A stretch of 64,000 nt of DNA from an uncultured Pelagibacteraceae bacterium (GTDB taxonomy: Bacteria; Pseudomonadota; Alphaproteobacteria; Pelagibacterales; Pelagibacteraceae): assembly GCA_902556855.1 (NCBI GenBank), contig CACDXJ010000003.1:5643-69642 (forward strand). Direction: 5' to 3'. The notes beneath the pieces were generated by a model. The model did no database searches. It worked only from the letters and a program-made list of their open reading frames with translations, and was not told where the DNA came from. Made by a program: the position numbers and the translations under genes. Position 1 is the stretch's first letter, and every line of letters starts with the position of its first letter. Shown here piece after piece: positions 1 to 10,343 of the stretch.

Positions 1-323
1 TTTTGGGAAAACTACATTTCTGGTTGACGTTTATAGGAGTAAACTTAATATTTTTTCCACAGCATTTCTTAGGGTTAGCAGGAATGCCAAGAAGATATGC
101 TGATTATCCGGATGCATTTGCTGGTTGGAATTATATTTCTTCAATTGGTTCATATATATCCATTATTGGCTTAGCAGTATTTTTATTAAATCTTTTGTAT
201 GCTTTTATGAAAAAGAAAAAAGCTGAACAAAATCCATGGGGAGAAGGAGCAACAACTCTAGAATGGACAGTGTCATCACCGCCACCATTCCATACTTTTG
301 AAGAGCTACCTAAAGTAAAGTAA
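1..323 (+). CDS. coxA: cytochrome c oxidase subunit I, 3' part (5' end outside window)
   Basis: [23 protein letters not shown] and NPWG..TLEW motifs of the COX1 C-terminus. Confidence 0.97.
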   Translation, partial: LGKLHFWLTFIGVNLIFFPQHFLGLAGMPRRYADYPDAFAGWNYISSIGSYISIIGLAVFLLNLLYAFMKKKKAEQNPWGEGATTLEWTVSSPPPFHTFEELPKVK

Positions 324-324
324 A

Positions 325-1245
325 TTGAGCCAGATAAGTATAAAAGCTAGAAACTCTAAACTTAGTTCAGCATTAAACCTAAGTTCATTTTTTAATTTAA
401 TGAAACCTAGAGTAATGTCTCTTGTCTTATTCACTTGTATGGTTGGCTTATTAATAGCACCAATTAATGTAGACTTTACGTCTGCTTGTATTTCTCTGTT
501 AGCGGTAGCCATAGGTTCAGGCGCGGCTGGAGTTCTTAATATGTGGTACGAGTCTGATTTAGATGCTTTAATGAGTAGAACTTGCTTAAGACCAATCCCA
601 ACTGGAAAAGTTAAAAAAGATCAAGCTTTATATTTTGGTTTAATTTTATCAGCTTTGTCGGTAAGTATAATATATTTTTCAGCTAACTTAATTTCTGCAA
701 TTTTATTAGCCTCAACAATTGCTTTTTATTTTTTTATTTATACAATTTGGTTAAAAAGGAAAACTCCACAAAATATTGTTATAGGAGGTGCAGCTGGGGC
801 ATTGCCACCTGTTATTGGATGGACAATAGCAACTGGAAGTATTTCTGTTGAGCCATTAATTTTATTTTTAATTATTTTTCTATGGACACCGTCACATTTT
901 TGGGCGTTAAGTTTATATAAATCAAGTGATTATAAAAAAGCGAAAATTCCAATGCTCCCTATAGTTTCAGGAGCAAAAATAACAAAAGTGAATATACTTG
1001 TTTATGCCTTAATGATGTTACCTGCAATAATTGCACCGTTCTTCTTGAATTTTGCTAGCATATTTTATCTAGCCGCATCTTCTGTGATGTCTGCATACTA
1101 TATTTATTTATGTGTAAGACTATATAGGTCTAAAGTAGCAAGTATTACGAATAAAATAGCGAGAAAAATTTTCATATACTCAATTTTATATTTGTTTTTT
1201 ATTTTTTTAATTTTATTAATTGATAATTTATTAAAAATAATATGA
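325..1245 (+). CDS. ctaB: protoheme IX farnesyltransferase (heme o synthase)
   Basis: LMKPRVM, D..MSRT..RPIP, LKRKTPQNIVIGGAAGALPP, WTPSHFWAL motifs; TTG start. Confidence 0.95.
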   Translation: MSQISIKARNSKLSSALNLSSFFNLMKPRVMSLVLFTCMVGLLIAPINVDFTSACISLLAVAIGSGAAGVLNMWYESDLDALMSRTCLRPIPTGKVKKDQALYFGLILSALSVSIIYFSANLISAILLASTIAFYFFIYTIWLKRKTPQNIVIGGAAGALPPVIGWTIATGSISVEPLILFLIIFLWTPSHFWALSLYKSSDYKKAKIPMLPIVSGAKITKVNILVYALMMLPAIIAPFFLNFASIFYLAASSVMSAYYIYLCVRLYRSKVASITNKIARKIFIYSILYLFFIFLILLIDNLLKII

Positions 1246-1355
1246 TGAATAAAAAGAAAAAAAATTTGATAACAGCTTTAATATTAATCTTGTTTATGAT
1301 TTTTTTATTTGTGTTAACCTTCTATAATATTGGAATTTATAATCGAGAAATATAA
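1242..1355 (+). CDS. small single-pass membrane protein (37 aa), CoxF-like position; absent from ORF track
   Basis: Hand translation MMNKKKKNLITALILILFMIFLFVLTFYNIGIYNREI*; ATGA overlap with ctaB stop and TAATG overlap with ctaG start. Confidence 0.8.
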   Translation: MMNKKKKNLITALILILFMIFLFVLTFYNIGIYNREI

Positions 1356-1906
1356 TGAATATAAGCAAAAAAAACTTAACGCCTATCGCTCTAGTATCAA
1401 TATTTTTACTAATGCTTGGATTATCTTTTGCAGCAGTTCCTTTATATGATTTGTTTTGTAGAGTAACAGGATTCGGTGGAACTACTCAAAACGCTTCTGA
1501 CAAAGAAATTCCAAAAATTGTAGTAAACCAAGACTATAAAATGAGATTTGATACAAACATTAATAGTACTTTAAATTGGAAATTTTATCCTGAGATCAAT
1601 ACTTTAAACTTAAAGCCAGGTGAAGTTCACACGGTAAAATTTAACGTTGAAAATCCTAGTAATGAAATTTCTTCAGGTTCAGCAACATTTAATGTGTCCC
1701 CATCACCATTTGGTATTTATCTTAACAAGATAGGTTGTTTTTGTTTTGAAAAACAAACTTTACAACCAGGTGAAAAAAAAGAGTTTGTATTAACATTTTT
1801 CTTGGACCCTAAAGTCGTTGATGATAATAAAACTAAAAATATGTCTGATGTAACTTTGTCTTTTACTTTTTTTTCATCAGGCTACTACGAAAAGAGTAAC
1901 ACATAA
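1355..1906 (+). CDS. ctaG: cytochrome c oxidase Cu-assembly protein CtaG/Cox11
   Basis: AVPLYDLFCRVTGFGGT and CFCFEKQTL motifs. Confidence 0.96.
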   Translation: MNISKKNLTPIALVSIFLLMLGLSFAAVPLYDLFCRVTGFGGTTQNASDKEIPKIVVNQDYKMRFDTNINSTLNWKFYPEINTLNLKPGEVHTVKFNVENPSNEISSGSATFNVSPSPFGIYLNKIGCFCFEKQTLQPGEKKEFVLTFFLDPKVVDDNKTKNMSDVTLSFTFFSSGYYEKSNT

Positions 1907-2697
1907 TGTCAGCAGAAAAACCAAAACACGATTACCATTTAGTTGACCCAAGTCCTTGGCCGATTTATGTTTCATTCGCAACTTTAGTCTTAGCCTTTGG
2001 TGCAGTTTATTACTTTCACTCTAAAGCTCTCTGGTTGTTATTAATTGGTTTTGCTTTAGTAGTTTATGGTGCATTTATGTGGTGGAGAGATGTTATAGAA
2101 GAGGCAGAACACCAAGGTCATCATACGCCTGTAGTTCAAATTGGACACAGGTACGGCATGACACTATTTATTGCTTCCGAAGTAATGTTTTTTGTTGCAT
2201 GGTTCTGGGCATTCTTTAACGCAAGTTTATTTCCACCAGACTCCATAGGAGGTATATGGCCACCAGCAGATATTAAAACTTTTGATCCTTGGGATATACC
2301 ATTGATCAACACTCTAATTTTATTGTTATCAGGAACTACTGTAACTTGGGCGCATCATGCAATGTTAGAAAACGACAGAAAAGGATTAGTAAATGGTTTG
2401 ATCGCAACAGTATTTTTAGGATTTATATTTTCTTGTTTTCAAGCTTATGAATATCATCACGCAACATTTACTTTAGACGGTGGAATTTATGGATCCACTT
2501 TTTATATGTCGACTGGTTTTCATGGCTTTCATGTAATTGTCGGAACGGTTTTTCTTGCAGTTTGTTTGTTTCGATCAATGAGAGGCCACTCGACGCCTCA
2601 ACACCATTTTGGATTTGAAGCAGCAGCCTGGTACTGGCATTTTGTTGACGTAGTTTGGTTATTCTTATTTGCTGCGATCTATATTTGGGGAAGCTAA
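1906..2697 (+). CDS. coxC: cytochrome c oxidase subunit III
   Basis: HDYHLVDPSPWP, FIASEVMFF, TGFHGFHV, WYWHFVDVVW. Confidence 0.97.
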   Translation: MSAEKPKHDYHLVDPSPWPIYVSFATLVLAFGAVYYFHSKALWLLLIGFALVVYGAFMWWRDVIEEAEHQGHHTPVVQIGHRYGMTLFIASEVMFFVAWFWAFFNASLFPPDSIGGIWPPADIKTFDPWDIPLINTLILLLSGTTVTWAHHAMLENDRKGLVNGLIATVFLGFIFSCFQAYEYHHATFTLDGGIYGSTFYMSTGFHGFHVIVGTVFLAVCLFRSMRGHSTPQHHFGFEAAAWYWHFVDVVWLFLFAAIYIWGS

Positions 2698-2704
2698 TCT
2701 CAAA

Positions 2705-3367
2705 TTGAAAAGAGCATTTTTATTTCAACTATTCGTAATTTTCTTTGTAACTGTATTTTGTGCTTTAGGAACTTGGCAACTTTATAGATTGCAATGGAAG
2801 CTGGAGCTTATAAGTGAAATAACTTTTGGATTAGACTCTAAACCAATAGAATACTCAAATTCAATTAAGAAAAATTATCAAAGAGTAAGCGCAAAAGGAG
2901 AGTTTAATTTTGATAAGCAAATTTATCTTTATAGCTTGAACGATAGTGGAAAACCAGGCTACGATGTAATTACTCCCTTTAGGACAGATAAAAATCAAAA
3001 TGTTTTAATTAATAGAGGATGGATTAAAAAAGAACTAAAAAATAGTTCAACTATTAACATCAAAGCAGAAACCGATAGTGAAATAATTGGTCTTTTAAGA
3101 GAAATTTATAAACCAAGTATATTTAAACCAGACAATGATATTTCAAATAATATTTGGTTTTCATTAAATTTAGACGATTTAAAAGAAGCTACGGGAGAGC
3201 AATTTAATGAGTTTGTAATTTTTTTAGAGGATAATAAGGCCAAGACTCCACTTCCTAAAAAGATTAGTATAGACGTGCCAAATAATCACCTTAAATATGC
3301 TATAACGTGGTATGCAATATCAATCTCTATAATTTTTTATTATTTATATTTTAGAAGAAAAAAATGA
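2705..3367 (+). CDS. surf1: SURF1 family cytochrome oxidase biogenesis protein (probable TTG start at 2705; ORF open from 2669)
   Basis: LGTWQLYRLQWK, LINRGWI, NNHLKYAITWY. Confidence 0.92.
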   Translation: MKRAFLFQLFVIFFVTVFCALGTWQLYRLQWKLELISEITFGLDSKPIEYSNSIKKNYQRVSAKGEFNFDKQIYLYSLNDSGKPGYDVITPFRTDKNQNVLINRGWIKKELKNSSTINIKAETDSEIIGLLREIYKPSIFKPDNDISNNIWFSLNLDDLKEATGEQFNEFVIFLEDNKAKTPLPKKISIDVPNNHLKYAITWYAISISIIFYYLYFRRKK

Positions 3368-4740
3368 ATTATTTTAGCACTAGGAACAAATCTTTAAAAT
3401 TTAGTTTTAAAGATATTTTCTTAAGAGGTCTTGCACCAGGTGGCGGACTGTTTTTGCCTTATGAAATAAAGAAGTATAGTCAAGAAGAACTTAATAATTT
3501 AAGTCAGTTAAGTTATAATGATCTTGCAACAGAGATTATCTTTAATTTTTGTTCAAATGAAATTAAAAAGAAAGAGCTTAATTCACTCATACAAAAATCT
3601 TATAGTAGTTTTAAAGAAAAAGAAGTTGTAAGTATAAAAAAAATTGGAAATATAAATCTTCTCGAACTTTATCATGGACCCACTTTAGCTTTTAAAGATA
3701 TTGCAATGCAGGTAATTGGAAATATGTATGACTACTTAGAAGTAGCAAAAAATAAAACTGTAAATGTCGTAGTTGCTACATCAGGAGATACTGGCTCAGC
3801 AGCTATAGCAGCATTAAGCAATAGAAAAAATATAAATCTTTTTGTTCTGCATCCGAATAATAAAATTTCTAATATTCAAAGAAAAATAATGACAACAATT
3901 GGAGGAGCTAATATTTATAATATAGCTATAGAGGGTTCATTTGATGATTGTCAAAAAATTGTAAAAGATCTTTTTAATGAAGACAGTTTTAGAACAAAAA
4001 TAAATATGTCCGGTGTAAATTCTATAAATTGGGCAAGAATTGTTTGTCAAATTGTGTATTATTTTTATTCTTTCTTCAAATTAAAAAAAAACAATATTAG
4101 CTTTTCGGTACCAACTGGAAATTTTGGAGATATTTATGCCGGATATGTAGCAAAAAAAATGGGTTTATCAATTAATAAACTTATAGTTGCTACAAATAAA
4201 AATGATATTTTACAAAGAGTTATCAATACAGGTGAATATAAACCCGATACAGTAAAACCAACGATCACACCAAGTATGGATATTCAAGTTGCAAGTAATT
4301 TTGAGAGGCTGCTTTATTACATATTAGATGAAAGCGACAGTAAGGTAGAATCGCTAATGAGTGACTTAGCATCAAAAAGTTTATTTAATTTAGAAAAAAA
4401 AGAAATTGATAAAATAAAAAAAGATTTTGAAGCAGTAAAAGTTACAGACGAAGAGACAGTATCTTTAATCGATAAAATATATAAAGAACATAAATTTATA
4501 ATTGACCCTCATACTGCTACTGGAGTAGGAGCAGCAAAAAGTTTTAAAAATTTAGGAGATATAGTTGTTCTCGGCACAGCTCATCCCTATAAATTTAACA
4601 ATACTATACAAAAAGCTATAGGTAAAAATTTAGACTCTCCTGAACATCTTAAATTGAATATGGATAAAAAGGAAACATTTGATATTATTGGCAATTCAAT
4701 TTCAGAAGTTAAAAATTATATTTTAGGCAAAATAAAATGA
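3364..4740 (+). CDS. thrC: threonine synthase
   Basis: ELYHGPTLAFKD (PLP lysine), ATSGDTG, VPTGNFGD, DPHTA. Confidence 0.96.
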   Translation: MNYFSTRNKSLKFSFKDIFLRGLAPGGGLFLPYEIKKYSQEELNNLSQLSYNDLATEIIFNFCSNEIKKKELNSLIQKSYSSFKEKEVVSIKKIGNINLLELYHGPTLAFKDIAMQVIGNMYDYLEVAKNKTVNVVVATSGDTGSAAIAALSNRKNINLFVLHPNNKISNIQRKIMTTIGGANIYNIAIEGSFDDCQKIVKDLFNEDSFRTKINMSGVNSINWARIVCQIVYYFYSFFKLKKNNISFSVPTGNFGDIYAGYVAKKMGLSINKLIVATNKNDILQRVINTGEYKPDTVKPTITPSMDIQVASNFERLLYYILDESDSKVESLMSDLASKSLFNLEKKEIDKIKKDFEAVKVTDEETVSLIDKIYKEHKFIIDPHTATGVGAAKSFKNLGDIVVLGTAHPYKFNNTIQKAIGKNLDSPEHLKLNMDKKETFDIIGNSISEVKNYILGKIK

Positions 4741-5225
4741 AAATAAAAATAGGAGAAAAACTACCAAGCTCGGAATTATTTTATCTCGACTCAAATAATG
4801 TTGTTCAGAAAGTAGATATCTTAGATGTTTGTAAAAATGATAAAACCATTATCATAGGCGTACCTGGAGCATTTACAAAAGTGTGTTCAGCACTACATCT
4901 TCCTGGTTATGTTAAAAATTATGATTTAGCACTAAAAAAAAATGTATCAAAAATAGTTTGTATAGCTGTAAATGACCCAAATGTAATGAAAGCTTGGGGG
5001 GAAAGTCAAAATGTAGAGGATAAAATTTTTATGGCCGGAGATCCTTTTCATAAATTTGCTAATGCCATTGGCGCAGAGGTTGACAAAACTGAAAAAGGAC
5101 TAGGTATTAGATCAAACAGGTATACCATTTTAGTAGAAAAAGGGGTTATTAAAAAAATTGAGGAGGAAAAGGAAACTGGGCATTGCGAACTTACCTCTGC
5201 TGAAAGTTTTTTAAAGTCTATTTAG
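4737..5225 (+). CDS. peroxiredoxin, Prx5/redoxin type
   Basis: PGAFTKVCSALHLPGY peroxidatic motif; AVNDPNVMKAWG. Confidence 0.92.
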   Translation: MKIKIGEKLPSSELFYLDSNNVVQKVDILDVCKNDKTIIIGVPGAFTKVCSALHLPGYVKNYDLALKKNVSKIVCIAVNDPNVMKAWGESQNVEDKIFMAGDPFHKFANAIGAEVDKTEKGLGIRSNRYTILVEKGVIKKIEEEKETGHCELTSAESFLKSI

Positions 5226-5643
5226 TTTGGTTAACTGCTAGTTGATCAACAATACTATTAAATTTGTCTCCTGCATGAGCTTTTACCCACTTCCAAGTAA
5301 CTTTATGTTTTTTGCAGGAGCTATCTAGCTTAATCCATAGATCTTTATTTTTTACAGGTTTTTTATTTGATCCTTTCCAATTATTTAGTTTCCATTTTTT
5401 TATCCAATCTGTAATCCCATCTTTTACATATTTGGAATCTGTATAAATAGTAATTTGAGAACTTTTTTTAATTTTATTTAGTGCCATAATTGGTGCCGTT
5501 AACTCCATCCTATTATTAGTTGTGTTATTTTCACTACCAGCAATACTTTTTGAAATTAACTTATTATCTAAAATAATTGCTGCCCACCCCCCTCTACCAG
5601 GATTACCAGAACAAGCTCCATCAGTATAAATTTTAAATTTCAT
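5218..5643 (-). CDS. rnhA: ribonuclease HI
   Basis: IYTDGACSGNPG, TTNNRMEL, WVKAHAG. Confidence 0.96.
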   Translation of the reverse strand: MKFKIYTDGACSGNPGRGGWAAIILDNKLISKSIAGSENNTTNNRMELTAPIMALNKIKKSSQITIYTDSKYVKDGITDWIKKWKLNNWKGSNKKPVKNKDLWIKLDSSCKKHKVTWKWVKAHAGDKFNSIVDQLAVNQTK

Positions 5644-6611
5644 TAAAAAAAATAATCCTCATGATTTTTCGAATTTTTATGAAATTCTAATCTTTTTAAA
5701 TATTCCATTGGGTCTTTAATTTTCACTATTGCTCCTTCAACTTTATTTAAAGCATCGAATACTCGTGTTAATAAGAATCTTAAAGCAGCCCCCTGAGACA
5801 AAACTTTAATATTATTTAATTCTTCATCAGTAAGTTTTCTAATTAATGTATATCCATCAATAAAATTCTTTGCTTTAGTAACATTAAAGCTTAGATTACT
5901 TTTTTGCCCATCAAAACAAAGAGCATTAAAACAAATAGCTATTTCAAAAGCAAAAAAATCTTCACAAGAAAAATAAAAATCAATCACACCACTAAACTTA
6001 TCTTGTAAGAAAAAAATATTATCATGGAATAAATCTGCGTGTATAATCCCCTTAGGTAAGTTTTTCGGCCAATTTTTTTCAACATCATTAAGATTTTCTT
6101 CAATTAATTTTGGAAGATCTTTATGTATTTCAATACATTTGTCTTTTACTTTATAGAACAATTTTCTCCATGAATGAACTGAAAGATCATTTTTACGATT
6201 TAGTTTCAAATTTTTTGTAAGCTGATGCATTTTTGCTATTTCAAAACCAATCGATTTACAGTTTACAGGCGTTAAATTCTGTTTTGCCTTTCCCTCAAGA
6301 AATGAAACAATCATTAACTTCTTTCCATTAAAATCAGTAATAGTTTGGTTGTTATTGTTTAAAACCGGAGCAGGACATTTAAAGTTCGCCTTGTTCAAAG
6401 AAGTCATAAGGTCTGAGAAAAAAGGTAGATCTTCAGATTTCACTCTTTTTTCATAAATTGTAAGTATGAATTTATTTTTGTTTATTGATAAAAAGTAATT
6501 AGTATTTTCAATTCCTTCCTCAATTCCTTTAAAAGAGTCAAGCTTGCCTAATCTATATTTAGATAATATTTCCTCAATTTTATTTTGATTTAACTTTGTA
6601 TAGACAGCCAT
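5643..6611 (-). CDS. thrB: homoserine kinase type II
   Basis: MAVYT start, GIENTNY, IIHADLFHDN, IDFYF; ispH-thrB-rnhA order. Confidence 0.93.
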   Translation of the reverse strand: MAVYTKLNQNKIEEILSKYRLGKLDSFKGIEEGIENTNYFLSINKNKFILTIYEKRVKSEDLPFFSDLMTSLNKANFKCPAPVLNNNNQTITDFNGKKLMIVSFLEGKAKQNLTPVNCKSIGFEIAKMHQLTKNLKLNRKNDLSVHSWRKLFYKVKDKCIEIHKDLPKLIEENLNDVEKNWPKNLPKGIIHADLFHDNIFFLQDKFSGVIDFYFSCEDFFAFEIAICFNALCFDGQKSNLSFNVTKAKNFIDGYTLIRKLTDEELNNIKVLSQGAALRFLLTRVFDALNKVEGAIVKIKDPMEYLKRLEFHKNSKNHEDYFF

Positions 6612-7555
6612 TAATTAAGTTCTTTCGGCAATTTAAAAATAACTTTTTCTTCTGCAACTTTAACTTCCTCAATAGATACTTTTCTATCTTTTTTTATATT
6701 GCTCAATAAGGTTTCAACAAGCTTTTCAGGAGCAGATGCTCCGGATGATATACCAATAGTTTTTGAATTCTCTATTTCACTAAAAGGAATTTCTTTTTCA
6801 GAGTGCATTAAATGTGAATTGTTACAACCAGCTTTTTTTGCAACTTCAACTAATCTAACGGAATTAGATGAATTCCGACTGCCTACTACGAAAAACATAT
6901 CACACTTAGAAGCTATTTCTTTAACAGCTGTCTGTCTGTTTGTGGTTGCATAACAAATATCTTCCTTTATGGGACCTTTGATTTTTGGAAATTTATTTTT
7001 AAGTGCAGTAATTATTTCAGCTGTATCATCTATAGAAAGTGTCGTTTGCGTTATATAAGCTAAAGGTTTTTTAAAATCCTCTTCTTTCAATATTTTTACG
7101 TCATTTTTGGTTTCAATTAGTCTAATTGATCCGTGCGGGAGCTGACCCATCGTTCCAATTACTTCTGGATGATTTTTATGTCCAATTAACAATATATCAA
7201 ATCCATTTTTGTTTAATTGTTCTGACTCTCTATGTACTTTAGATACTAGAGGACATGTGGCATCTACAAAGGATAAATTTTTTAATTTTGCCTCCTCTGG
7301 CACTGATTTAGGAACTCCATGGGCTGAGAAAATTACAGGTCTACTTACGTCATCTACGTCGGATAATTCGTCAACAAATATTGCACCTTTTTCTTTTAAT
7401 TCTTCAACAACTTGCTTATTGTGCACAATTTCATGCCTAACATACACTGGTGCACCAAATTTGCTAATGGATTTTTCAACGATTTCAATTGCTCTTTTTA
7501 CTCCAGCACAGAATCCTCTGGGAGAAGCTAAATAAATTTTAAGTTCTTTTTTCAT
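6611..7555 (-). CDS. ispH: 4-hydroxy-3-methylbut-2-enyl diphosphate reductase
   Basis: PRGFCAGV, SAHGV, DATCPLV, DICYATTNRQ, SSNS. Confidence 0.97.
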   Translation of the reverse strand: MKKELKIYLASPRGFCAGVKRAIEIVEKSISKFGAPVYVRHEIVHNKQVVEELKEKGAIFVDELSDVDDVSRPVIFSAHGVPKSVPEEAKLKNLSFVDATCPLVSKVHRESEQLNKNGFDILLIGHKNHPEVIGTMGQLPHGSIRLIETKNDVKILKEEDFKKPLAYITQTTLSIDDTAEIITALKNKFPKIKGPIKEDICYATTNRQTAVKEIASKCDMFFVVGSRNSSNSVRLVEVAKKAGCNNSHLMHSEKEIPFSEIENSKTIGISSGASAPEKLVETLLSNIKKDRKVSIEEVKVAEEKVIFKLPKELN

Positions 7556-8444
7556 TTTTTTCTAAAAGATATTCTAGCAATATATGCGGAAAAGTAAGCG
7601 ACGCCAAACCAATAAAAATTACCTTGTAAATAGCCTCATCAAGCTTGTAAAAATTATTTAAAAAATATGTAGCGAGTAAAAAAAGCACTCCAGTTAAAAT
7701 AGTCAAAGGGATAGCTTTACTCACAAATCTTTTAAGGCCTAATTTAAAGGATTTATCAAGTTCAAATATTAGAGAAATTGAATGCCTAATTGAGTGAAGA
7801 AAGCAAAAGTAAATTGTGAAAGCTAAAATAGGTGATAAAAAAAGATTTAATATAATTAAAGAAAAGAAGTCCATAATCATAACTCCTTTTAAGTCAATAT
7901 TTTCTTTTTTCGAAATATATAAAGATGAGAAAAAACTAAGACACAACATTAAAATTAAAAATTCGTCACTAAAATATTCTGCTTCAAAAACATTAAAATT
8001 TAGAATTCTAAATATTTCATTAGTTTCTTCTCTTTTTAATAATAAAGGGGCCATAATGACAGTCGAACCTTTTAAGAAGAATAAAAATTCAGATATAAAA
8101 AATTTCCTTTTAAAAGAAAATACCGTATCCTCTTTTCCAAAGTGGTAAGATGCAACAATTAAAAATAATAATAAGACTGTATTAGGAAAAATTACCCAAA
8201 ATATTATTATGAATAGTGAAATTAATATATAGGCAAGATAAAAGGAAATTGTTTGTTTATATCTAAATAATTTTAAAAGTCTCATTCCTTTTATATCATC
8301 TAAAGCCCCATGAGAAATACCAAGAACTAATATTAAAAATAAGCAAAATATTACTGGTTCAAAATTAAGTATAAGATAAAGTGGACTTACCAAAATACAA
8401 AAATTAAAAAATATAATTGAGTGTTTAAAGTTTATTTTTTCCAT
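7539..8444 (-). CDS. blh: beta-carotene 15,15'-dioxygenase (Brp/Blh family, retinal synthesis)
   Basis: Polytopic membrane protein with GISHGALD, YHFG, LHSIRH, LTFPH histidine motifs; follows crtIBY. Confidence 0.93.
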   Translation of the reverse strand: MEKINFKHSIIFFNFCILVSPLYLILNFEPVIFCLFLILVLGISHGALDDIKGMRLLKLFRYKQTISFYLAYILISLFIIIFWVIFPNTVLLLFLIVASYHFGKEDTVFSFKRKFFISEFLFFLKGSTVIMAPLLLKREETNEIFRILNFNVFEAEYFSDEFLILMLCLSFFSSLYISKKENIDLKGVMIMDFFSLIILNLFLSPILAFTIYFCFLHSIRHSISLIFELDKSFKLGLKRFVSKAIPLTILTGVLFLLATYFLNNFYKLDEAIYKVIFIGLASLTFPHILLEYLLEKNEKRT

Positions 8445-9511
8445 TAGTAAAATAATGCTTTCAAAAAAATTAATTTTGGCATTTTGCCTATAATACTTAT
8501 ATCTTCAACTAAATTACTTTTATTTGATAAAAATTTTATAATCGTATTTGAGGAAGATTTAAACATATTGAAAAATATTTTAGGCATCTTTTCGGGATGC
8601 TTTTCTAATACTTTAAGAAATATTCTATCTAAAAATTGATATTTCTTTCCTAGATTGAATTTTTTAACTTTATTAATTTTTTCAATATTTTTAACAATAT
8701 ACTTGCTATGTTCTTGAATGTTTAAAAAAGTATAACCAGTGCTTAATCGCGTCATACCTCCAGCAGATCCAATATTTATTACTTTGTTATCATTTTCTAA
8801 TAAAGGATAAAAAAGCGGTATAGCGCCTTTTTCAGTAAAATTTATTTTATAATTTTTAATACCTAGATTATTTTTAATATAATTTTCTAATTGAAGGTCA
8901 TAATCTTTAAGGCTCTCATCTTCTAAATTTGATAACCAGGTTGTTTCAATTAAAGCTTTATTTTTATTAAATGGTAATGTGTAAAAAAAGTGTACGTCGT
9001 TTCTCTGATCACAATTAAAATCCATTAGATTAAATATTTCTTCATCGAAAATGTTAGTCGGTGTTTCTATTTCAATGCCTTGAAAGTGTTGCCACAACTC
9101 AGACTTGTCAAGCTTTCGGTTAAAAAGACTATTAAAAATTATTGAATTTTCTGAGTTAATTTCCTTAAGACTCTTTAAAAAAAAAACATTGGGATTTTTA
9201 GAAAGCCTAGAATTTATTTTTTTATAAAATTTTCCACTATTAATACTCTGGTAAGGGAATTTTTTGTTAGTTAATTCATGAGAGTTTTCTGAAGTATTGA
9301 TTGTAAAATTGTTCCAACTTTTAATTACACAATCATCAAAATTATGATTAAAAACTTTCCAGAAAGACCATGTCTTGTCTCTTTTATATTCTTCACGGGT
9401 TTCAATTATTGCAAGAGTTTTGTCTTTTAACTTATCATTAATTTCTAATTCATAGGCTAAAGATAGTCCAGCACATCCTCCACCAATTATAATATAGTTA
9501 AATTCTTTCAT
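8444..9511 (-). CDS. crtY: lycopene beta-cyclase
   Basis: GGGCAGLSLA FAD motif, DKTWSFW, LMDF, EKGAIP, IGSAGG..STGY. Confidence 0.9.
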   Translation of the reverse strand: MKEFNYIIIGGGCAGLSLAYELEINDKLKDKTLAIIETREEYKRDKTWSFWKVFNHNFDDCVIKSWNNFTINTSENSHELTNKKFPYQSINSGKFYKKINSRLSKNPNVFFLKSLKEINSENSIIFNSLFNRKLDKSELWQHFQGIEIETPTNIFDEEIFNLMDFNCDQRNDVHFFYTLPFNKNKALIETTWLSNLEDESLKDYDLQLENYIKNNLGIKNYKINFTEKGAIPLFYPLLENDNKVINIGSAGGMTRLSTGYTFLNIQEHSKYIVKNIEKINKVKKFNLGKKYQFLDRIFLKVLEKHPEKMPKIFFNMFKSSSNTIIKFLSNKSNLVEDISIIGKMPKLIFLKALFY

Positions 9512-10343
9512 TTATATTAATTTCATTTTGTAGAATATTATGGCTTGTATGGTTATCGTAATTTGACTCTTTTACAAACAATAACTTGATAAAGTCAAAG
9601 AAAGATAAAAAAGTTTGAATTATTTTTTGGTAAACTGGAACATATATTTTTCCAGCATTATTATAATTCTCTATATTTTTCTGCTTAAGGATGTAGTCAC
9701 CTATTTTTCTGTAAACTCGTCTTGCTACTATGACAGAAAACCTTGATCCAATTGGTATACTGCTAATTGAGGTAAAAGACTTATCATAAAATATTCTAGA
9801 GTCGTTTATTATTTCTTTTATTGATGAAAAATTATGTTTAACATATTGCCTGTTTCTAATTTTGTCTTCACAAACATCACGTGCAATATTAGTTAGCTGC
9901 ATCGCTATCCCTAAATCAATTGCTCCTTTGAGCGACTCTCTATTATTAACTTTTAAAATTTTTGACATCATTAAACCGACTGTACCTGCAACTCTATAAG
10001 AATAGACTAGCAATTCTTTTTTTGAAGTAATTTGAACTTTTTCTTCTAAGTCTGTTTCAACCCCATCAAATAAATCCATCACAACCTTTTTAGTAATACC
10101 TTCACTGTCAATTATAGACCACATTTCTTTTATAACAGGATTTTTAAAATCTTTATTTTCAAAACATTTTTTAAATTCTAAAAAATTTTCTTTTTTAGTT
10201 TCCAAACTATTGTCAGCGTCCACGATATCATCTAAAGTTCTGCAGAAATTATAGAGAGATGAACACTTATAAAATTTCGATTTAGATAAAAAAAAACTTG
10301 CCCAGTAAAAAGATTTTGCATGCTTTTTTAATAAATTGTTCAT
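9498..10343 (-). CDS. crtB: phytoene synthase
   Basis: AKSFYWAS, FCRTLDDIVD, YRVAGTVG, LGIAMQLTNIARDV. Confidence 0.94.
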   Translation of the reverse strand: MNNLLKKHAKSFYWASFFLSKSKFYKCSSLYNFCRTLDDIVDADNSLETKKENFLEFKKCFENKDFKNPVIKEMWSIIDSEGITKKVVMDLFDGVETDLEEKVQITSKKELLVYSYRVAGTVGLMMSKILKVNNRESLKGAIDLGIAMQLTNIARDVCEDKIRNRQYVKHNFSSIKEIINDSRIFYDKSFTSISSIPIGSRFSVIVARRVYRKIGDYILKQKNIENYNNAGKIYVPVYQKIIQTFLSFFDFIKLLFVKESNYDNHTSHNILQNEININERI

